A stretch of DNA of 64,000 nucleotides, taken from Lama guanicoe (taxonomy: Eukaryota). The DNA lies in assembly GCA_013239625.1 (NCBI GenBank), contig MU053758.1, positions 1,488,001-1,552,000 of the forward strand, given 5' to 3'. This document shows, in pieces, positions 57,124 to 64,000 of this stretch; the stretch's first letter is position 1, and every line of letters starts with the position of its first letter. Under the pieces are notes generated by a model that saw nothing but the letters and a program-made list of their open reading frames with translations, was not told the origin of the DNA and did not search any database. The translations under genes and the position numbers were made by a program.

Positions 57124-57829
57124 GTAAGGCTATAGTTACATTAATTATTTAACATACTTGGGTACGAGCCAGTATAGGATCTCCACCCCCACCCTACAAA
57201 AAACCCACACTTACCTGAAGTTTTTTTTCCTGGCTCCTATAGCAACCACTCTTCCTGCAGCCCAGTGCTTAATCTCTTGCCCTTGTACGTTAATCCCTCA
57301 ACATGCTGAGAAGGAATCTTTGCTTCTCTGACCACATGAATGAAAAAACTGATTCCGCCTCTGATGTTCAGGCATCATGTGAATGTTTAACATTCAGAGG
57401 TATCTCCTTGTCCCTGATTTGGGCATCTCACACTTACATATGAAACAGGGAGCTCTCGGGTCATTTCCATGGGAATAGGGAAAGTAAAAGAGTGTTCACT
57501 AGAAAGGCAGTGGTGAGTGTCAGGGAGGCTGAGTTTAGAAGCAGTCTGCTCTGGATTCTAGCTATTTGTACTAAACTTACTATTGAAGAGTAGATATTTT
57601 TGTTGTCCTGTATCCCTGCCAGTGTTGAATACAGAGACTACTCTCTACTTGGGAACACTGGGCAGTTCTCATCCTTGCTGGTGTGGTTATATAGTCTTCC
57701 TGCCCACTAAGTAGGAAGATATCTGTGCAATCTCTGTTGAAGGGTGGGGAACGGGGATGGTTTGGAGAAATCTGCTTTTATGGTGTTGGAAAAACGGAAG
57801 AATTTGTAAGATCAAAACAGAATTAAAAT

Positions 57830-57961
57830 GGGGGAGGGTATAGCTCAGTGGTAGAGTGTCTGCTTAGCATGCATGAGGTCCTGAGTTCAATCCCCAGTAC
57901 TTCCATTAAAAAATAAACCTAATTACCTCCCCCTACTAAATAAATAAACAAACAAACAAAC
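57830..57961 (+). mobile_element. tRNA-Ala-derived SINE (Vic-1-like), copy 6
   Basis: Best-preserved head (A box, AGC anticodon loop, B box) plus tail; TSD-like aattaaaatg / aattgaaatg. Confidence 0.88.
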
Positions 57962-58679
57962 AATTGAAATGAGAACTTCATGCTTTTCCATTGAATCAAA
58001 TTAAGATTCTTAAACAAACTGGATGCCAAGAAATTGCTCTAAAAAGAAGTTACAGGGGAGCCCCCAGAAGAACATCAGTAACAGGATTGAGCTGGGATAT
58101 AGGAATGTGTTTTATAATCTTAGTGTTTTAAATAAGGCATGACAGTGTGTGAACTGTATTAATTCTCACTTATTTAGTATTTGCCTCAGTGCTGTCAACA
58201 CAGTTGGGTCTCATGCTGTTGACTTGGTTAAAGGAAAAAGTTAGAATCCTATTTTATAGGAATTGACTCTGCTTAGCAATTTTTAAAGTTTGTGGCTTTT
58301 GAGGAGTATTTATTTAACAAAGAAACACTCACTTTTTTAAAACTCAGAATCAAAAATAAGTCACATCTCTACTCTCAGAGAGCTCATAGCTTCAAAAAGG
58401 GGACAGGTAGGAAGATAAAGGCAAGAGCACATGTTAAATTCAGTACAAAGCATGGCAGTGATTGACAAGGACGGGGTGGGCAATCAGCTCTGAGGGCGAA
58501 CCAGGGAAGTCCTCTCAAGGACTCTGGAGCATGTATCTACTTGTAGAGTATTGAGAGACTTCGTGGACTCTTGGACTCCTTAGGTATAGCTCATTTCATT
58601 CCACAAATATGCTCTGTCTTTAGAAATTTTAACTAAGATTCTTAACATTGTTAAGGGTTAGAGCTTGTAGGATTGCTGC

Positions 58680-58940
58680 GTATCATGTGCTTATCATGTG
58701 CCAGGTACTTTGTCAGGTTCTTTATTTTAAATATGTCTTATTTCTTGCAACAACCCCCATAGTTAGCTAATAGATTGGTCTATTTAAACAAACAAACAAC
58801 AAAAAAAGACAAGACTATTTTTATTTTGCCAGTGAGGAAACTGAGGCCGAGGCTCAAAAGTAAAGCCACTTTTGGCTCTAAAGGTCACTCAGCTGATCAG
58901 TGCTGAAGCCAGGATTCAAACCAGGCCCAGCTAACTCCCC
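58680..58940 (-). mobile_element. MIR SINE fragment (approximate bounds)
   Basis: atgtgccaggtact...tgaggaaactgaggc...aggtcactcagctg...gccaggattcaaacc. Confidence 0.6.
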
Positions 58941-61229
58941 CCAAATTTTGTATTTTATTTCCCAGCCTGTTACAGGGAAAAGTAGCGGTATGCAAATAGA
59001 AGATTCAGTTTGCTGGGATTCGTGGAAACATAAAGAAGACAGAATTTTGTTTATTAGTGGAGGGTGTCTTTGTAGGACCTGTGGGGAATGCTACAGGTAG
59101 AATACCTATTTGCACTTAAAATCATAATCAAGTTGAGGAGTCAAAGCGAATTAGTATTTGCCCCTAGACCATAAGTGACCTCTCTTTGAAGGCTTGGGAC
59201 AAAGAAGTCAAGGCCAAGTGTTCTCCTTTACCATTGCTGGCTTTCTTCCTTATCACAGAGGTCTAGGCATTCTGTGAGGCTGACTTTATTGGGGGAGAGG
59301 ATTCCCGTGAGGAAGTAGTAGTTATTGGCATTTAGGTTCAGCTCTGTAAGCCTACATCAAGGATTTTAATTCAGTAAATTCTAAAAGGAGCCTTTTGGTT
59401 TAGACTTTGGGATGAATGCCTTCCAGGGGCCCAGTATTATTTCATTTAGCCCTTATGAAATCTTTTGAAGGGATGTTAAAGCCCATCCCCCCACCTTTTC
59501 TTTTTTTTAATACAGATGAAGAAACTGATGTATAGTGAGTTGCAGAGTCAGGATGCAAAATCAGGTTTTTCTGGCTCAAATCTAGAGCTGGATGCACTAG
59601 CAGGCACGTCCAGACTGGTGTAAAAGGATGCCAGGGATCATAGGAATTGTAAAGCTAGGACTAATGGGAAAGTTCTGGATGGTGGCAAATAAGGAGCAGA
59701 AGGAAATTAATTAGAGCAAATGGAATAAATAGCATCTAGGGGAGGAATCCTTAGTAAAAGTGATGGTGCCTGAGCTTGGTTTGCCTCTTTTCTTATGGCA
59801 ATGTTGGGTCATGGTCATGACCAATCTGAGATTGTTTGATTACATCTTAGTCTGGTCCATTTCACATTTGTAAACTAAATCCCTAAGACCAAGCAGCAGT
59901 CTCAAATGGAGAATGTGATTGGATTAGCACAAAATCTCTGATGCTCTGAGAGCTAGAACTCAAAGTGAATGTGTCCTCCTTAGCAAGGAGAATCGCCATC
60001 ATTTGTGAAGTGCATGATGAAAAAATACTTTTTGTTTTTTTAATCACATTTTGAATTGGACAACTCTAAGGAATTTGATATCTTTCTCTTTTGTAACCAT
60101 CATTAACACTATAATTACTTGTTCAATAATATGTCTTCCTTGTATCGTAGGGTTTTTCAATTCAGCCCTATTGACAGATATTTTGGACTGGATAATTCTG
60201 GTCTTCAGGGAACAGTTTAGTGTGGGAGAAGGACCTGGGTGTTTGGGTGCTCAGACCTGGAAGAGATGTGTCATCTCCAAACTGGCCCTTTTTAAGGGAA
60301 GAGAAAATAGTGAAGTGGCTGGAAGCTGGATTTGTGTCCAGTACCCCGGCATGAGGACCAGGGGAAAGTTCTTGTTGATCACTGTTCCACCTTGTCTTTC
60401 CCTTTTAGCTACACTGGTGTCCTGTGTTGGATTTATTTCCATTTCTGAACTCTGCTTTTAACACTGGATATGACAACTCCAGTCTTTTTATGTGTTTGGG
60501 AGCAAACAGTAAATGATCATGTTGACATAGCGAATATCAGAGAGTTAACAGGTTTCAAATAGCTATTTGTGAACTTAAGGCTAAAAGTAACACAATTAAA
60601 TAGGCAAGTTTATATGGTCATTAAAATTCAAGTAGGCAAACAATCAGATAATTGTATGCTACTTATTATCCTGACCTGTTTAAGCACAAGTCCTGTAATA
60701 CTGTCTTTGGGAACAAATCATTAGATACGTAAATTACTTTTATTTCTGAAACGTCATGTTGAGTAGCAGTATTACAGCCAACCCCCAAAGCTTATTGTTT
60801 GTTACATTTAATTGACCAAAGACTATTTTTAAAACATATGAAAGAAAGGGTAAATTCGAAGAGCCCTTTGAACCCCAAATCATTGTAAGACCACTTGAGT
60901 TTAAATATATTCAAGAGAGAAATCCAGGTGTGAATTCTTTTTTTTTAAACGATGTGTGAGGAGAGGACCAGCCAGTGGTATGTGTGAGTGGAGGAGGGCT
61001 ACAGTGCTTCAAAATACAGGCCTTAGGCTTGAAAGGATGGGAGTGAGAGGTGGGGACTGAGAGGCTGATCCTAAGTCAAGATGCTGTGGCTGTCCTGGAC
61101 AGTGTCCCTGTCAGCCAGCCAGAGGGACAGAAGCTCTGGGAGGACTCCTGGAGAACCCTCCTTTGAGGTTCCCTGGTTAAACTTCCTCAGACAGAGCAGG
61201 TCTTTAAGGCAGGCCGGCTTTGTTGGTTG

Positions 61230-61350
61230 TGTGCCATAAGCAAATTCTCTAAGCCCAACAGGCCTCAGTTTCTTCATATGTGAAATGGGGATAATAGTGG
61301 TATCTGTCTCAGAGTACAGTTTGAAGACTAAATGAGTTAAATGATTTAAG
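61230..61350 (+). mobile_element. MIR SINE fragment (approximate bounds)
   Basis: gcctcagtttcttcatatgtgaaatggggataatag MIR core. Confidence 0.65.
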
Positions 61351-62580
61351 ATAAGCTGGCTTGTTTAGTAACAGCATAATATGTATTTCATTTTTTTTTT
61401 TAGAAAGTCAGTTGTTAACAACCGTGAAAAGGCTTTGGGAGGCAATCTGCAAGCCTTAATTTTTTTCATCTCACACTTTCAAACAAAATTTGAAAACCAT
61501 TTGAAATTAAATTCCAAAAATAGTAGGTATTTTATTTTCCAACAAGTTGTGTCTACAGAATTTCTTTTGATAGGACAATGGCTGAGAAAAGAATTCTTTC
61601 AAAGGTCTTGCAACTCATATTCTTTCTGAGAGCAGTTTGCTAGTTTACCTTCCATCGGCCCTTTGTTTATTGAAACTAGAATATTCTTTGTTCCCTTGAA
61701 CCTGTTTCAGTGTCCTTGCCATTCTGGGTGTCTCCATTTTGTGGCATTGACCCTTGTGGGGGTTGGAATTTCCAGCACAGAGCCTGCTGATACCATGATG
61801 AAACATAAGATTGTGGGGCTCCCACTGGGCCTGGCTGGCATCGTCAGCAGGCATTGTGCACTGAGTAGCGCTAATTCCAGCTTGCCCAACCTCCTGTAGT
61901 TGTTTTTCTTTTTAAAAGTATCCTCTTTTTTTTTTTTTCTTTTTCTTTTTCCCCTTTCACCCAGTCTAAAATTTCAACATGCAAGAAGGGTGGTTGGTGG
62001 GAATGGAGGGTTGGGGAAGGCTAAGAGGTAGCTCAACTTGACTGTCCCAGATTGAAGTAAATGGCAGGAGTGAGTGGCTTGTAAACTTTGATCCCAGCTG
62101 TTGCCTTCAGCCTCTCCTTGGTGGGGACCCTTCTGAGCAGCCTTTGGGGACCTTTCTGAACAGTCCTCACCTTCAGGATACTCTAGATGTGCTAAACAAG
62201 TATGTCCCATCCTCAGTAGGGATGCCTTTGATTCCTGCCCTTCACTGAGGGCCTTGGGCCTGGGATTGGCTACTTGGCTGCAGGCAGTCTCTAGCTTGGC
62301 ATTTTTCATTGAACCATTCTGAAGAGCAGGACTCAGCTATTAAGAGTGATGCCGGGGAGGTCCTCAGCAGGGGAGGATAGATTTCCTTGAGTATGAAATA
62401 TGGTATTGGTGCTTCTGCAGATGGAAATCAGCAGTCCTTTGTGGAGGGAGCTTTTGCACAGAACACATATATGAACTATAAAGAAGTCCCATTTCCCTTC
62501 CCTCGACTCTCTTTGTAAAGGAAATAATAGTTAGCTGCTTTTGTTTCCTTTGAATATTTCTCTCCATTTCATTCTTGAAG

Positions 62581-62716
62581 GACTGCCACCAACTCCAGTG
62601 CAGCTGCTCTATCCAGTGTCCCGATTCAGCAATGTCAAATCCCTCCAGCACCTTTGCCGATTCCGAATCCGACAGCTCGTCCGGATAGATCACATCCCGG
62701 ATCTCCCACTGCCTAA
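62581..62716 (+). CDS. SOCS7: SOCS7 coding exon 8 (SOCS box)
   Basis: acceptor tcttgaag|GA; LPPTPVQLLYPVSRFSNVKSLQHLCRFRIRQLVRIDHIPDLPLP; weak donor TAA|gtacaa. Confidence 0.94.
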
Positions 62717-63134
62717 GTACAATGGGGTCTTTAGGGTTGGGACAGGAGTGGAGGGTTAGTTACAGCTGTTAGTGAGGCCTGCAAGCCGAGTGCACAGGCA
62801 GAGCCTGACAGTACTCACAGGTGTCTTCCCATTACGTGTCCTGTGTCTTAGCACCTGACTTAGAAATGTCAGATCGCAGCCAGGAATGAGGAAGGTGTGT
62901 GTGTGTCGGCTTCCCTTCTGCAGACTCTGTGAAGGGTAGAGTGGAGGTGGTAAAAGGGGAGGGAGACAGAACTATAATAAGTGAGAAAGCAGGAAAGTCA
63001 GGGCAGCAGAGAGTCTTTGGTGTCTTCCCAACCATAGAGGGTTTGAAAAGAAGGGAGGGTTGAACAAAGGTGGGCTTTCTTTTATAATCTATGTAAATAA
63101 CATCTTGTGTGTATCCCTCTTGTATTTTTCATAG

Positions 63135-63258
63135 GCCTCTGATTTCTTATATCCGAAAGTTCTACTACTATGATCCTCAGGAAGAGGTATACCTGTCTCT
63201 AAAGGAAGCTCAGCTCATTTCCAAACAGAAGCAAGAGGTGTTGGAACCCTCCACGTAG
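63135..63258 (+). CDS. SOCS7: SOCS7 coding exon 9 (to TAG)
   Basis: acceptor tttcatag|G; PLISYIRKFYYYDPQEEVYLSLKEAQLISKQKQEVLEPST*. Confidence 0.95.
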
Positions 63259-64000
63259 CGAGGGGCCCCCTGCTGGTCACCACTGAGGGTATGTGCTCTC
63301 TGCCTCACCATCCAGCGTAGTCTCTTCCTGGGCAGTTATCATCATGCACTGGGCCTCATCCCCCTGCCTCCCACCCCATGTATATGCCCCTGATCCAGGC
63401 ATCTGTCCAGAGAGTTGCCAGATCTGATCATGGAGTCCCAAGGGGACACATACCCCAACAGGGAGAAGGGCAGATAGACACGAGAGGCTTAAAGAGTACT
63501 TGCCAAGCAACATGCAAGCTAATCACTGAATATAGAGACACACAAGAGCAGCTAAGTGTGCACCCTTCTCTCCTCTGGCTGATCACCCCAATATTGCACA
63601 AATAACATAAAGCAGGAAACCAGGGAGAAAGGAAACTTCATCAAAGGGAACATGAAATGCCTTTGATTGCAGTAGGTGTGCACTTCAGTAAGAACTACAC
63701 TGTGTCCCACGGCTTGGACTATGAGGATGAGGAAAAACAACTCACTCTTTTCTTTGGAATTCCATCTGGACCACTGAAAAGTAAATTGTTGAAAAGAAGA
63801 AATGAATTAACTAACGAATTCATTTATCTAAGAGGCTATTCTCCCATTGCTTCACTGAATTCTACTCATTTATTTTCCCATAAAATATCTTGGAATACTG
63901 GTTTGTGCAGATGAATTCTAATTAGTCATCTTAAACTGCATTAATATGAACATTGAAAGGTAGAGGTGAGTAAGGAACAAAATTGGCAGAGTGGTGATTT

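Larger units (their letters stand above)
42511..63258 (+). other. SOCS7: SOCS7 gene span, start to stop (suppressor of cytokine signaling 7); 9 coding exons, 1935-nt CDS, 644 aa (578 aa from ATG 42709)
   Basis: Exons of 974+65+105+102+131+169+129+136+124 nt join in frame; Pro-rich N-terminus, SH2 domain (WYWGPM...FLVRDS), SOCS box (SLQHLCRFRIR...LPLPKPLISYI). Confidence 0.96.

Noticed and set aside
57830..57906. tRNA-Ala(AGC) gene
   Set aside because: Has SINE tail, A-rich end, TSD-like flanks and stem mismatches; one of six SINE copies

Overview
Mammalian genomic DNA, probably a camelid (inferred from six copies of a tRNA-Ala(AGC)-derived SINE resembling Vic-1). It holds three spliced protein-coding genes with complete CDSs: MRPL45 (+, 8 coding exons, 5228-18874, 306 aa), GPR179 (-, 11 coding exons, 37621-22679, 2385 aa; ON-bipolar-cell class C orphan GPCR) and SOCS7 (+, 9 coding exons, 42511-63258, 644 aa from the first ATG or 578 aa from the second). 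Exon boundaries were read by hand and the phases join into uninterrupted frames. The rest is intronic or intergenic, with old L1, L2 and MIR fragments, a near full-length MER63-type hAT element and three CpG islands. I found no convincing new biological system. The best leads in GPR179 are duplicated and triplicated 5' splice sites, a GC-AG intron, an OTX2/CRX-motif cluster in intron 2 and a ~100-aa higher-order CPW repeat. There is also a CTCF-like site between the divergent GPR179 and SOCS7 promoters, and SOCS7 has a uORF plus dual-ATG start. Gene and repeat identities rest on recalled sequences rather than database searches, and repeat boundaries are approximate.
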